From the NCBI GenBank assembly GCA_964016885.1, contig OZ024741.1:111910001-111974000 (forward strand): a DNA stretch of 64,000 bases, in the 5' to 3' direction. Under the pieces are notes generated by a model, which saw nothing but the letters and a program-made list of their open reading frames with translations, was not told the origin of the DNA and did no database searches. Every line of letters starts with the position of its first letter. Position 1 is the stretch's first letter. Shown here piece after piece: positions 26,010 to 38,967 of this stretch. The DNA comes from Eledone cirrhosa. Lineage: Eukaryota. The position numbers and the translations under genes were made by a program.

Positions 26010-26469
26010 ATATATAAAATGCATAGGAAGCTAATAAAAAAAACTCTTTTGTGTAAAATGTGGGATTCTGGAACACCCTAATATATATATATATATATAT
26101 ATAATTAGAATATTAGAATATGGGATCAACCGGACAGGGATGGGCGGACCACATTATGGTCGGTCGGCTGTGAAGCAGATAAAAAGAAGCGCTCAATGAC
26201 CTGTATAAATGGTGCAAGCCGGAACATTATATATTATTAAAAGATCGGAAGCCATAATCAGTTTATTTAGGTTTATTTAAAACTCCGTTATACATATTTC
26301 ACTTAGGACTATCAATTATGATATTCTGAGCTCATCGGATCACAAAACCTTTAATAACTTGAAAACATTGGAAGTTCCTAAAAAAAACCTTTAAATTTAA
26401 AAAATTCAAAAACTTCTTCGAAAAAATCTTTTCTTGATACAGGGGGATGAAACGTGTGGATGTTATTTT

Positions 26470-26642
26470 ATCGGTAGAGGGTCGGACGCCATGCTTTCCA
26501 GCATAGTTACGTCCCTTTACGATCTGAGTTCAAATCCCGCTGAGGTTGACTTTGCCTTTCATCCTTACGGGGTCGATAAAATAAAGTACCAGTAATGCAC
26601 TGGGTAATTGCTGGCCTTGTGCCTAAAGTAGAAACAGTTATT
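26470..26642 (+). mobile_element. tRNA-derived SINE, 5'-truncated
   Basis: Near-identical to the reverse complement of 2932-3120. Confidence 0.85.
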
Positions 26643-27189
26643 TCTTAGACAACCAGTCACTGTATTCAGCTTGAGGTCCACTATCCTGTTATTTTCTTTT
26701 CCTTGTTTCCTTTCGTCCTTCAATCTGTTTGTTTTATCACACACACACATCGTCGTAGCAGAAAGATTCATTTTTCTGTTACACGATCAAGTATTTTAAA
26801 ATGGTACTCACAATTAAATCGTGCGAAAACATTTTGCTGGTTTCAAAGCTAATGAGGATGAAGGTGTGTGTGTGTGTGAACTTGTCTTGAACATCGGCTT
26901 TCTTTATTTCCATCTTCCAGTCGCCTCTGTGCTCCAGCGACTTCTCCTTGCCCTCGTCCTCTTTCAGTCTTCTATGTTTCCTCTGCCTGTCGCCCATCGT
27001 GGATTGTCACTCTGCCGACCACTGGCCGCTAGTCTTTGTCCTCTTAGGCATATTTACCTATCGCTGTCATTGACAGCATTTGGCTGTTTTAATGAGTGTT
27101 TTAGCGATGAGTTTTCTCCTTTTTATATGAATTCAAATATTCTCTCGTTTCGTCTCGATCAGAGTCAACGATGTTTATTCATATATTGT

Positions 27190-28460
27190 TTTGACCCTCA
27201 ATGGGATTTCCTTTTCCGGTGAATTCTATCAGTAGGTCTCTGGGGTAGCGATGGGAACTAGAATGGGCCCAAACTATGCCAACTTGTTTGTTGGCTACGT
27301 CGAAACCCAGATCTTCTCCCAGTACGCTGGGCCTACTCTTGAGTTATACAGTCGTTATATCAACGACTGTATCGGTGCCACCTCTCTATCACGCGAACAG
27401 TTCGACTGCTTTCTATCTTTTGTTCAATATTTTCATCCCGCTCTCACCTTCACCACCCCCGTCTCCGATTCTTCTGTCCCTTTTCTCGATACCTCTCTAT
27501 CTATCAATCACTCTCACCACACCCTCTCTACTTCCATCGTCTATAAACCGATAGACTCCCACTCTTACATCGACTTCACCTCCTCCCATCCAACCCACAC
27601 TAAACACTCCATACTCTATTCCTAATTCTTCCGTCTAAGCCGGCTCTGCAGCCATTCCTTTCACATGGCGTGGATATGCCCCACCTTGATCCAAGCCGCT
27701 CTCAACACCCACATTCCTTTCCCTCTCACATACCGCCACATCACCCTACCACTCCGGCGACATATTCTCCGTTCCTTCCGCACCCTCTCTTCTGACCTCG
27801 TCACTTCTCGTTTTTTTCCTAACCCACCTATTACCGAATTTAAGCACGCCCGTAACCTCCACGACCTCCTGGTACGCAGTTCCTTCTCGTCCTCTCCTAT
27901 GACTCCACCCTGCTCTTATCCTTGTTCTCATCCCCGCTGTAACACTTGTCCTTTCATTTCCACCCTCATCACTCTAACAAGCCCTAACCGGTCATTCCTT
28001 ATCCGCCACTTCTTCACCTGCACCTCCACCCACGTTGTCTATGCTCTCCTGTGTTCCCTTTGCGGGTCATTACACATCGGACAAACAGGATGCCGCTTGG
28101 CGGACCGATTTGCTGAACATTTGAGGGACATACGACTCGGTTTGGATACTCCCGACGTCCGTCATTTCCATTCTCCAGGTCACTCTTCCCTACATGTTTC
28201 AGTTCTGGGTGTCTTTTACATCACGGAACACAGGCTTCACGAACCAGGACTGAACAGCGTCTGATTTACCGCCTTGGGTCCTGTTTCCCTCATGGACTCA
28301 ACTCCCCTCCCCAATTTCTTTAACACCCGTCCGTTATCATACACGCGCTTGTACATTCACCCCTAGATTCCTATGGCTCTCTTATGGTCAGAAACATATA
28401 CTCTTACAGCTAATACAGAGCAACAAAATACGCACACTCCACTTTTTCCTTCACAGCTCT

Positions 28461-28496
<36 letters not shown>

Positions 28497-28760
28497 ATAT
28501 TAACATACTTTTTCTCAGAACTTCGTACTTACAAGCACACACACTCTCTTTTACTTACATATACACACACATAACCTCTTAGCTTCGTACGGACGTATAA
28601 TAACCCACACACATACACACACATACACACACGCGCGCATACGCACGGGCACAAGTATAGCTCTTTATACAAAACGTTTTTTTTTTCAATTTCAGGGAGA
28701 CACGCTCCATCATCCACTTTTCTAAAAAAATATATCTTACACAAAACGCCAGCATCAACA
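27190..28760 (+). mobile_element. 5'-truncated Neptune-like PLE (divergent subfamily)
   Basis: ORF 27251..27625 (MGTRMGPNYANLFVG, SRYIND, VPFLDT) and ORF 27665..28264 (CSHPRCNTC, FTCTSTHVVY..CSLC..HIGQTGCRLADRFAEH). The 3' boundary is approximate. Confidence 0.85.
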
Positions 28761-30693
28761 GTTTTCCAAGAGATGGCAACATGAATGTAATATATATATT
28801 TATATTAGATTTTATTTCCTAAAAATTAGCTTCTAAACAATATCTCATGTGTTCCGTTGTGATAAAGTAGACATTTTCAACAATAGATGCAAGCATAGCT
28901 ATGTGGTTAAGTAGTTTGCTTTGAAATCAATCCTTTAATGAACGATAAATAAGCACAGAGATGGTTGTTAACTTCAATCTCTATCCAGTGACGTGACGAA
29001 TGGTAAATATATTCTATCCTCTTTTGTAGAACACTAAGTAACTGTTCTTCAACAGATTTGGTACGATTTTAAAACAAGCACGGTTAAATGACTTGACTAG
29101 TCACATCCATATATGCACGCATACTTTCACAAACACACATGCCCACACCAACCCACCAACCAACCCACAATCACACGCACAGACGCGCACACACACATGC
29201 ACACACACACACACACACACACATCTATATATATATATAGAGAGAGAAATTTAGCAGTAGTGCTAACATAGCGTGATTCATAATAAAGGTACATAATAAA
29301 GGTACAAAGGCTTATGATCACAGCTTGAACAATCATGGCGATACAATTATATATGTTTATTACACATAAACATAATACATATCTTCATAAACACCTCTAT
29401 CACACAAGTGAGTCGGTTAGAGAGATAAAGAAATAGTGAGAGTGGGGTAAGGAGAGTGAGAGAGAAATACATATTTATGTATACACATACTCTCACATAC
29501 ACAAACACATACATGCACCCTTGCACGCACGTAAATCCGTGCATGCACACACATGTACACATACATAAGTAGGTGGAATAAATGCATTCTCCGTCCGTTT
29601 CAAAGGGGAGTGTGGAGCTCTTCGAACGACTGAACTATTTATTCATTATCAGTAGCATTAACATGACGTGATTCATAATAGAGGTATATAAGAAGGCATA
29701 TACAATATGTTTATGTATAATAAACACATATATGTATCACTATGACTATTTTATGTCGCGATCATGTCACAGTTGTCTCAGTAGGTAAGTGTCGGCCTGA
29801 TGAGCCTCCGGTCTTGCGACAGACAAATGGTTAGACATTTGAGTAGCTAGCATTCCAACAAGAAAGTATGGCGAATTAGCTAGATCAGGATCAACCCAAA
29901 TTTAAACAACAGCAGCAGCAACAACAACAATAAAACCAGCAACTACAACAAAAACATCAACACAAGCAACAACAACTGAACGACTGACAGATTGATAGTT
30001 GTTTAGCGCTGGGCTGCCCTGATCAACTAGACATGATCAACATGATTTTAGGCATGATTTTCCTGTTATACATATATTTATTTGACACGGGATCAGATTA
30101 GTCAATGGATCAAATTATTCTACGCAATGTTGCAATGACTTGAGTGTTATATTTAAAAATTTGGGAGGTCATGACAACCTAAACTCCTTCAGCAAAAATC
30201 ATCATCATCATCATCATCATCACTATCCTCCACGTTATAATCTCCATTTGTGATGCTCTTCAGAATATATATATAAGAAATGAATTCAGTTAAAGTAGTG
30301 CCAGAGGACTTTCACTATGCATTATCCTCAGCACAATTTCATGCTAGCCAGTAGTAGAATATACAAACAACCATAACAAATATATTATTACATTGTCCAG
30401 TTATTCTAAAAGGAAAATGACATTTCAAATTATACAAATGTATATCTTATATCTTATACATAAGAAATTGGATTCGATTAATTGCCCTAAGCAAAATGAT
30501 ACTTTTATCCTCCTTCCCCTTGTACGGCTAGCTTTTATACCAGCAAGGTTTCGGACCCCGGTCTCTCCCGTTCAAGGCAGTTCTCTTTCGGATTACCCTA
30601 GTTGGGTCGGAATACCACACTCGTGTGTTTCACAATTGTTCGTTGCACGCTCGCCCCGATCACCACGACCACACATATAATATATGTGTGTGT

Positions 30694-30771
<78 letters not shown>

Positions 30772-31379
30772 ATCTCACTCTCTCTCTCACCCTCTCTCTC
30801 GCTCCACACACACACACAATATATATTTATATATATAGGCATCTTTTTCTAAAGAAAATGTTCACTTACATTCCTTCAGCCCAGTCCACCTCCCACCTCC
30901 CGCCCGTCATCAAGCAGGAGATAGTAAACGCTGATTGGTCCATCTTCTCCCCCCGAAAGACAGAAATTAATCTTGACCAACGTTGTGATATACCGTCGTG
31001 TTCTCCATTCACCGATATGACATCCTATAAATAGTGAAAGGTTTAGTCAATTCTCTGACCCTTGGATCATAGCTGTGTTTCTTAACTTATATGGGCATAT
31101 AACAAATGCCAAAACAATGAGAAACGATATATGTTCGAGCAGAGGCAGTATTGACTTGCAAGTATTCATGTTAGCACCAAGCCATTCCAGAACTCAAATT
31201 CAAAGAGCAAATAAGACTGACGACACAAAGCCCAGTTGTTACAATCGATCCATAATTTTTTATGTGGTCGATTAGTTTGTGGTTCATCATGAATCTCACA
31301 ATATGGTTTTGAAAGGTATCGATTTTTCTAATTATTGATAAGGGCTAGTTCACACATTCAAGACCATAAAGGACAACAG

Positions 31380-32100
31380 GTAGGACATACGTGTTAGATT
31401 TTACAGTTGATATAAAGTGGGATCCATTTTGAGATAAATATTTTTTTTTAATTAAAAACTGCTCAGATGTAGCCTATTTTGTGACCAACTGCAGCTGAAC
31501 CATAATTCATGCTTAACATTTGATGGCCTAGATAGTCAAATTCTGAAGTGTGTTGTATGGGTGCATCATATATTGAAAGGTATAGGGGTTGATGATTTTT
31601 CTCTTTTGGCATACATTTAGTTTTGATTCTGCAGCATGTCTAGCTAGAGCATCAAAGTATTTTTGCAGATCTTTACTAGAGTTGTTTATAGTGGTTATGT
31701 CATCGACCTAGCTATGATTTGACAATAGCTGGTCACCAATAGAGAAAAATTATGGATTCTATGACAATGCAGAAGAGTAAAACCGAAAGGATGTCACCTT
31801 GTTTTACTTCTTTGAGGATGTTCACATGCCTGGAGATGCCAATCTCTGCATTTATTGCTTCTGTAGATTTATCATGTTTGCTTTAGGGGATTTATGTATC
31901 TCTTGTTGCAGCATGTGTTATCAAACAGTTTCCAGGAAGTAGGGAATTCCATACTATCAAAAGCTTTGGTGAAATCGATACACTAGGTTTTTAAATTGCC
32001 AGTACGTTTTGAGATTGGCAGACAGCGATGTTTCGGGATTTGTTAATATTTCATCAGTGACATTCTCTCAACCTGTACTGGCAAGAAATCAGACTAGGGT
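31380..32100 (-). mobile_element. Highly decayed LINE RT fragment (RTE-like)
   Basis: Minus-strand motifs in the correct order: CIDFTKAFDS, KQGDILS, S*VDDIT (YADD relic). Confidence 0.6.
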
Positions 32101-32654
32101 CTATATAGAATTTTGCGGGATGAACATTTGCTACATATGCTCATTTGCATATAACAAATAGAAAATATCGGCTGGAAATGCTCATTTGAATATATTGCGA
32201 ACTTACCTGGTTATATTTAATTTGCGGTAGCACCAAGGCGGTGTTAAAGTATAATAGAAGTATGAAAACATATATAAACATATATTATACGCTTGTATAG
32301 AATAAACATATAGGTAGAATAGCTATCAAAGAAAAAATATTTTTTCGTCACGAAAAGTTTTTATTTTACTCTGTTTTCCTCATGTCTATCGCTTGTGTAC
32401 TTCAATTACTGAGTACATTACAGAGTGCCTACCATTCAATCTCCCCAGCATAGCTATTATAATTTGTATCTGCTATTTTGAACTCTACAATTTTATCTTC
32501 GCCATATAATTCCTCACAAGTAATTTCAGAAAACAATATTGTTTCAACTTCATTGGAGTTGTTATTGTTATTGTTAGAGTTACTGATAGCTGTCTAGTCT
32601 CTTGTCTCTGGGGTGTTGCTGCTATAATTAGCTTTATATATAATACAGAACTAC

Positions 32655-32962
32655 ATCATCATCATCATCATCATCATCATTATCATCATCGCTGTCGCTG
32701 TCTTTGTCAGCGACATCACTATCGTGGTCATTGTTATCATCATCCTCATCATCACCACACTAGCACTACCACCAAAACCACCACCATAACTACCACTACC
32801 ACCAAAACCACCACCATAGCCACCACTACCACCAAACCACCACCATAACCACCACTACCACCAAAACCACCACCATAAGCACCACTACCACCACCACCAC
32901 CACCAACAGCAGCACCACCACCACCACCGCCACTGCTACCACCACCACCACTACCACCAACA
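32655..32962. repeat. (CAT)n plus a (CCA)n-derived 30-bp minisatellite
   Basis: Unit CCACCACTACCACCAAAACCACCACCATAG, about four copies. Confidence 0.85.
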
Positions 32963-33429
32963 ACAAGAATCATGACTGGTTTTAATCAACATCATTTCCA
33001 TCATCTACATTATCTTTTTTTTCGTTTTCATAATAATTTTTTTTTTGCCATCGTTTTTAGCAATCCAGTCCATGCCAGCATGGGTTGGATTGCTCCCATG
33101 TAACTTTCGTAGCAGATTGTATTGTGATCTCACCTACGGAGCTCATAGTGCTAAGAACTGTGCTTGCCAAATTTCTTATGTCTTCTCGAGTTTATTACTT
33201 TCATCACGCATCCTTTTGTCTCCTTCCACTATCAGTATATACCATTCATTCCTCCAAATCGCATCAGAAACGAGATATTGGCATAACAGTCTTCAGCTAT
33301 CTTAGTGACTTTTAGTCACTAAATTAATTTATTGACTTTATTGACTTTATTTCACATTTTAATCTGAAGTAGGAAGGACCTCAGATTAAAATGCAGTAAC
33401 ACAAGCTTAATAATCAAAATAGTATTTAT

Positions 33430-33615
33430 TTCAGGTACAAGACCAGCAAATGTGAGGAAAATAAATCAGAGTACTTGACTGGTACTATAGTTTATCAAAC
33501 CCGGAAGGATGAAAGACAAAGTTGACCGTGGCAGGATTGAATTTGGAATGTAGAGTCAGAACAAATACCGCAATGGCATTTTATCCGACGCTCTAAAGAA
33601 TGCTGCCAAGCCACC
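33430..33615 (-). mobile_element. Diverged SINE
   Basis: GTACTTGACTGGTAC...GAAGGATGAAAGACAAAGTTGACCG...GCCAAGCCACC. Confidence 0.7.
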
Positions 33616-33794
33616 ATATCTCTCAAGCTTTCTTGATTATTTTCAAAGTCAGTTATGGCATATAGTCAACACATTTCATTAAAAATACGATCGCACATAT
33701 GTTATATATATGGGACGTTTAAATTCAGCTTAGTGTGATATGCTCTAGCCTGCTGCTTTGAGAGTTTCCAGTTTGTTTTGTATTATTAATATTA

Positions 33795-33970
33795 TTATCA
33801 GTAGAGCGTCGGATAACCCGCTCTGAGTTTAAATCGCGGTGAAGTTAACTTTGCCTTTCATCCTTACGGGGTCGATAAAATAAAGTGCTAGTCACGCACT
33901 GAGGTCGATTTAATCGACTTTCCCCTCCCCCGAAATTGTCGGCCTTGTGCCTAAATCAGAAATCATTATT
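33795..33970 (+). mobile_element. SINE
   Basis: Core GCCTTTCATCCTTACGGGGTCGATAAAATAAAG and the family tail. Confidence 0.8.
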
Positions 33971-34790
33971 TGGACTGTTTTCTGAGATAATCCTGATATT
34001 GTGTGCTAGCGGATTGCAACCAGTTGCCTTAGGTGTCACTAAATTTGTCTCTATCATCTGTCTATATTTTTCCTGGCGATTCGCGTCGTTCCCAAAAGGC
34101 AAGCTTTCTGCAGTAATGTTATAGGGCACTCAATTTCTTTTTCTTTTATCAAATTAACCTTTTTCAATCTCCACAAACGTGCAATCTCATACTATAATGG
34201 ATTGTGATTTTCTAAAATATAATCTTGGCTACTTTAAAGTGTCTCCATTTCTTGTATTCATTTTGCACCAATTTATCGTACTCAGTAACAATGTTTGACA
34301 GTCTCCTCAAAGATTCAACACACCATGCACATTGGGGATATGTCTTCCTTGTACGTGCAGTTCCTAATGTGAGGTGTTTTGATAGCTTTCTCTTGAACAG
34401 CTATGATAGTGCTTTCCGTTTCTTTCTTTAGAAATTTTTCCTAACCCAATCCCATGTATGTTTCCCTCTCAATTCTTTGGTTATTTGTTCAAATTATTCG
34501 TGCAATGCTTTCTATTTCCTTAAATCTCTAAATTTCCTTGCTTCGTTCTAAGGAATAAATCAGGCTTTTCTTTTCCATGCTCACACAGTCTTCGATACCA
34601 ATAGGTCCTCGACATACAATTAGAGATTGGATCCTTACTGCCACGTACGGGTACAGTTGTTGCCTTGCTTTCAGAAAAGATAAATTGACAGAATGAAGAA
34701 GAAAGACAAAGATCATACTGCTTTGCAGGTCCAGCCAACGCATCACAACGCCATTAAACATTTGGTTAATATATTTTCCACAAACGACAC
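33970..34790 (-). mobile_element. Decayed C-terminal part of an R4/Dong-like (REL-endonuclease) non-LTR element
   Basis: Minus strand, frameshifted: WDWVRK..LKKETESTIIAVQEKAIKT; CxxC; KLVQNEYKKWRHFKVA (RHD-motif relic); SQKTV. Confidence 0.6.
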
Positions 34791-34864
34791 ACTGCCTATA
34801 ATTTTCAGTTAATTTGAAAGATTTAGTAAAATAACTAACTAACGACTTTATTATTTAAATGGTA

Positions 34865-35300
34865 ATAGCGGTGGATTGGCTGCATTGGTCGAACGTCGGA
34901 TAAAATTCTTTATGACATGTAGTTACGGTCTTTTACGTTCATATCCCCCCGTGGTCAATTTGCTTTCGTCGTTCCAAGGTCAATAAAATAAGTATTAGGT
35001 GTGATTTAATCGACACCCCATCTCCTCTAACTGCTAGCCTTGTGCGTAAAGTAGAAACTCTTATTAAAATTATACTTGGGACGGTGGATTGTCAGTAGAA
35101 CGTCTAACAACATACTTTGGGGAATATAGTTACGACCAATTACGTTCTAAGTTCAAATACCACCGCGGTTAGCTTTGCTTGTCGTTCATCCTTACGAGGT
35201 CAATAAATAAAGTACTAGTAATGCATTGAGGTCAATTTTCACCACCTTCCCTTTCTCATCAAATTGCTGGCCTTGTACCAACAGTAGAAACAATTATTAA
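34865..35300 (+). mobile_element. Two tandem diverged SINE copies; further copies at ~35530-35750 and ~36530-36735
   Basis: GGTGGATTG...GTCAATAAA...GCCTTGT...GTAGAAAC pattern in each. Confidence 0.75.
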
Positions 35301-37267
35301 ATACTTGGAACATAACTTAAGAAAGGTTCTTAATTAGAATTATAACGGTAGGCTTTTAGATAAATCTAAGCTCTTTAAAACCACAGAATCTGGAGCGGTG
35401 AGTTTCGATTTCAAAAGGGTTGAACAGAAAATGTCTTGATACTGTTGACATTGATAAAGATATACAATTTTTGTTTGCTTTTCATCTAATCATATTTGAA
35501 CTTCGATGTTTTTATTATGTGTTGAATAATCAAGGTGGTGGATTGTCTGAGCTGTTAGAACGTCAGATAAAATGCTTTGCAGTATTCGTTCTGGCTGTCA
35601 GTGCTCTGAGTTCAAATCTGGTCAAGGTTAAATATGCCTTTGATCATTTTAGGTTCGATAAAATAAATTACCAGTCAAGTACTGGGGTTGATACAATCGA
35701 TTTCTCCCCACTACAAATTTATTGTCTTTGTGCCTAAATTGGAAACAGATATATGTTGAAAATGAATGTTTCAGAAAAGTAATGGTGAAAATATTTCAGG
35801 TGTGCATTTAGAATATTGCATGATGAAAACATGGCTACATAATAAAATATCAGCAAAATATTATATTAATAAAAAAAGCAGAAATTGAACAATTTGGGGA
35901 TTAAAGAGATTACTTTCCAAAATGACGTATTAATGTATATGTAGTGTAGTGTGTAATTTCTAATTCTGCCAAACCGCTCCTTAATGTCCATTGCTTAACC
36001 CATTTACTGTATTTGAGGACTTAGAAAGCACGTGGTCTTATAAGGTACATCGATTTTGGCAGGCCCTTTACTAAATTATTCATAAACTTGCTTTTTCCTA
36101 ACATTTGCAGCACATCCTACTATCAGGTCGTTTAAAAGTTTGATGCATTTATATCATTATGAAATATCACACTGCCATAATAAAGAAAACCCTTAAACCG
36201 TTCGTTTCTATATTTTTAGCTAAAATATTCCATGTATATGTTTCAATTACATTCCTAAATAATCTTAAAGAATAAATAATTCATAAATGAAATTTCTGTA
36301 ATAATTTATGGGGATTTTGTAAAACAACTATAACATTTTTATTTATTGATATATTAAAGTGGTATTTCGCACACAACAAAAAGTTCTTATATAGATTTTC
36401 TACAGAACGTTTATCTCAAAACAGCTGTTATTATAGGTAAATAATAGAAAATCTGAAATACGGTCTCCTAAAAGTCTGGCCCCAAAGTATTAAATAAGCT
36501 ACTAGGACTTTATTATTAAATTTATCAATGGTGGTGGATTGTCAGAGTCGTTAGAGCGGCAAACACATGCTTAATAGCATTTGCTATGGCTCTTTACGTT
36601 CTGAGTTTAAATCCCGTCGAGATCAACTTTGCCTTTCATCCATCTGAGGTCGATAAAATAAACTATTAATGTCGATGTAACCGGCTTTCCTTTCCACAAA
36701 AATTGCAGACCTTGTGTCATAATTAGAAGACATTATTTAATTTATCAATTATCAGTTAGTTTATCAGTTAAAATAAGAATTCAAAACGTAGAGATGTAAA
36801 AACTAACAAAAATTTTAATTACATTTTAAACAGAAAAGAAGATGCATCACCGCCATATATTTCTAAGGCCTACTGAAATGCCACGATGGGCACACATCTG
36901 AACGTCTACAGTGGCGCCCCAACAACTGGCTGATTACACGAACTTGATTGATTTTGAAACGTAAATTATAGTGTTAAATACATTTCATATGGGGACAGAC
37001 TTTTATAACACTCTATGTATAATTATTGTTCTTTTATAAATGTTGTCTAAATATCATCATATAAAAGGAGTCATTAGTCAATATAATGTATATGACATAT
37101 ATTTATGCTATTACACTAGCAATATAATTAACCAATATAAGGTCATATGAGTTACTAAAGGATCACTGGCTTCTAACTAATGGGATAGAATAGGACTGGC
37201 ACAGGACGTCAAGTTTGACTAGCAGACGACAAAGCGTTTCACGTAATTTTCCTCCTGGCTGGTGTTA

Positions 37268-38180
37268 TCTACTTATATATATAACCAGCAATTTCTCTGT
37301 CTGTCTGTCTGTCCGACAGTGGAAACACGTGCGTAGAGAGAGAGTGAGAGTGAAAGAAAGAGACAGACTACGAGAGGGGGATAGCGGGAGGGAGAGAGGG
37401 AGAGAGAGAGAGTGAATAGACACTAAAACACGTGCTATAGAAACATTACCTTCCCCTCTCCACTGACTTAGGTCACTGAGGCCGAGGGAATCGCTGGTTG
37501 CTATAGAGACACCTTGCACAAGCCAGAAGTAACCAGTTCGAGGCGGTTCTGACTTGACACCATGCGAAGAAGGTTGCCATTGAATTTGTGGTTGTTGCTG
37601 CTGATAATAAGGACCATTTGAAGAAGGTTGCTGCTGATGAGGTAATTTATTAATCAGATTGCGCAGTTCCATAACCTACGTTTGATTTGTTCAATTTTTT
37701 TCTTCAATTTTTTTTGTTGTTTTTTTTTAATTTCTTATTGAAAAAATATAAATAATAAAATAAGGTTAGAAATTTAAATACAATTAAATACGATTTAATT
37801 TCCATTTCCAGCAGCCAATGTCCAGTGTTCAATTTCATGAAAAAATTGGAAATAATTCAAAAAATTGAAGTTTAACTTTTGAACATTTGTTTTGACAATA
37901 AAAAATATTTCCTTATTCACACCTAATGGTATGATTAAAATTTCATAGGAATATTTTTTCTAACCGCCAGTTATTTATTTTCTCCTTTATCGTTTTAACA
38001 TATATTTATTTCAAAGATTTCACCGTATAGATAACATATATATTTATACATGCATAAAAGACACACCGAGAGACGGTGAACATGTGCTGCCGAAAACATT
38101 TCTCATCCAAATCTCAACAATATCAGTATATACACTAGATTTGCTAGCAGAAAACCACCCGGTGGGCGGTTTTCTGCTAG
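37268..38180 (+). mobile_element. Putative non-autonomous Helitron (composite)
   Basis: 5' TCTACTTATATATATAA followed by (CTGT)n; the 3' hairpin 38144-38180 ends TTCTGCTAG. Confidence 0.45.
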
Positions 38181-38967
38181 TCTATATATATAAAACAGAG
38201 GATGTCTGTGTGTCTGTTTCCTTAAAACTCGAGAAGTACCCAACCGGTTTTTTTCAAACTTTATACATGTAACTCGTATGACCCCGGAAGTATTTTGAGC
38301 AAAAAAATTTCAAATGTTCAATGCCCTAGGGACCGCATTAGGCGATTTAGCGATCTCTTTCTCTTTCTCTTAGTCTTTCTCTTTTTAGATAGATACATAG
38401 ATATGACGTCGCGCCTTCATAATATCTGTCTGTATGCCTGACTGTCTGCATTACGTCATTATGACGCGTTACGTGTGTGTGTGTATATATATTCTTATGC
38501 CAGGGAACGTCTTCATGAACCAAAGTATCGTCTTCCTGTTTTCCAGATTGATTTTTTTAGTTTAAGAAGATCCCGTTAAGGTTGAAAACAGCGATTCTTT
38601 GCTTAAACATTAATATGTTATTTTAATATAGATATTTGTGTACAGATATTTTTGCATACACAAAAACAAAATATAAACAAACAAGGCCAAAGATTACATC
38701 AATTAGTCTTAGTGTATGTACCTCATACTGCTTTTAGGTAGAATATCCCGTTAAGGGTGAAAGCAGTGATTCTTTGCTTAAACTTTAGTCTGTTATTTTA
38801 ATATATATATATATATAATTATATATTTATGGACAGATATTTTTGCATACACAATAACAAAATATAAACAAACGTATTTATTTCACGAGGTTCGATAAGG
38901 ATAAATATATATCAAATATATAAGAACCCTATAGCAAATCCCGAGCAACGCCGGGCCATTCTGCTAG
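38181..38967 (+). mobile_element. Non-autonomous Helitron
   Basis: 5' TCTATATATATAAAA; subterminal hairpin CCCGAGCAACGCCGGG and terminal CTAG followed by T; internal duplication 38565-38690 / 38740-38872. Confidence 0.75.

Noticed and set aside
26283-26345. HHR-like motif CCGATGA...GAAATATGTATA on the minus strand
   Set aside because: The core is mutated and helix I is poor; possible relic only.
29795-29825. CTGATGA-gc...gc-GACA
   Set aside because: It lacks GAAA and a helix I partner.
32752-32973. Gly-rich GGYGGGFGGS ORF resembling structural proteins
   Set aside because: It is embedded in (CAT)n/(CCA)n repeats, frameshifts mid-array, and has no signal peptide or clear splice context; best explained as a minisatellite.
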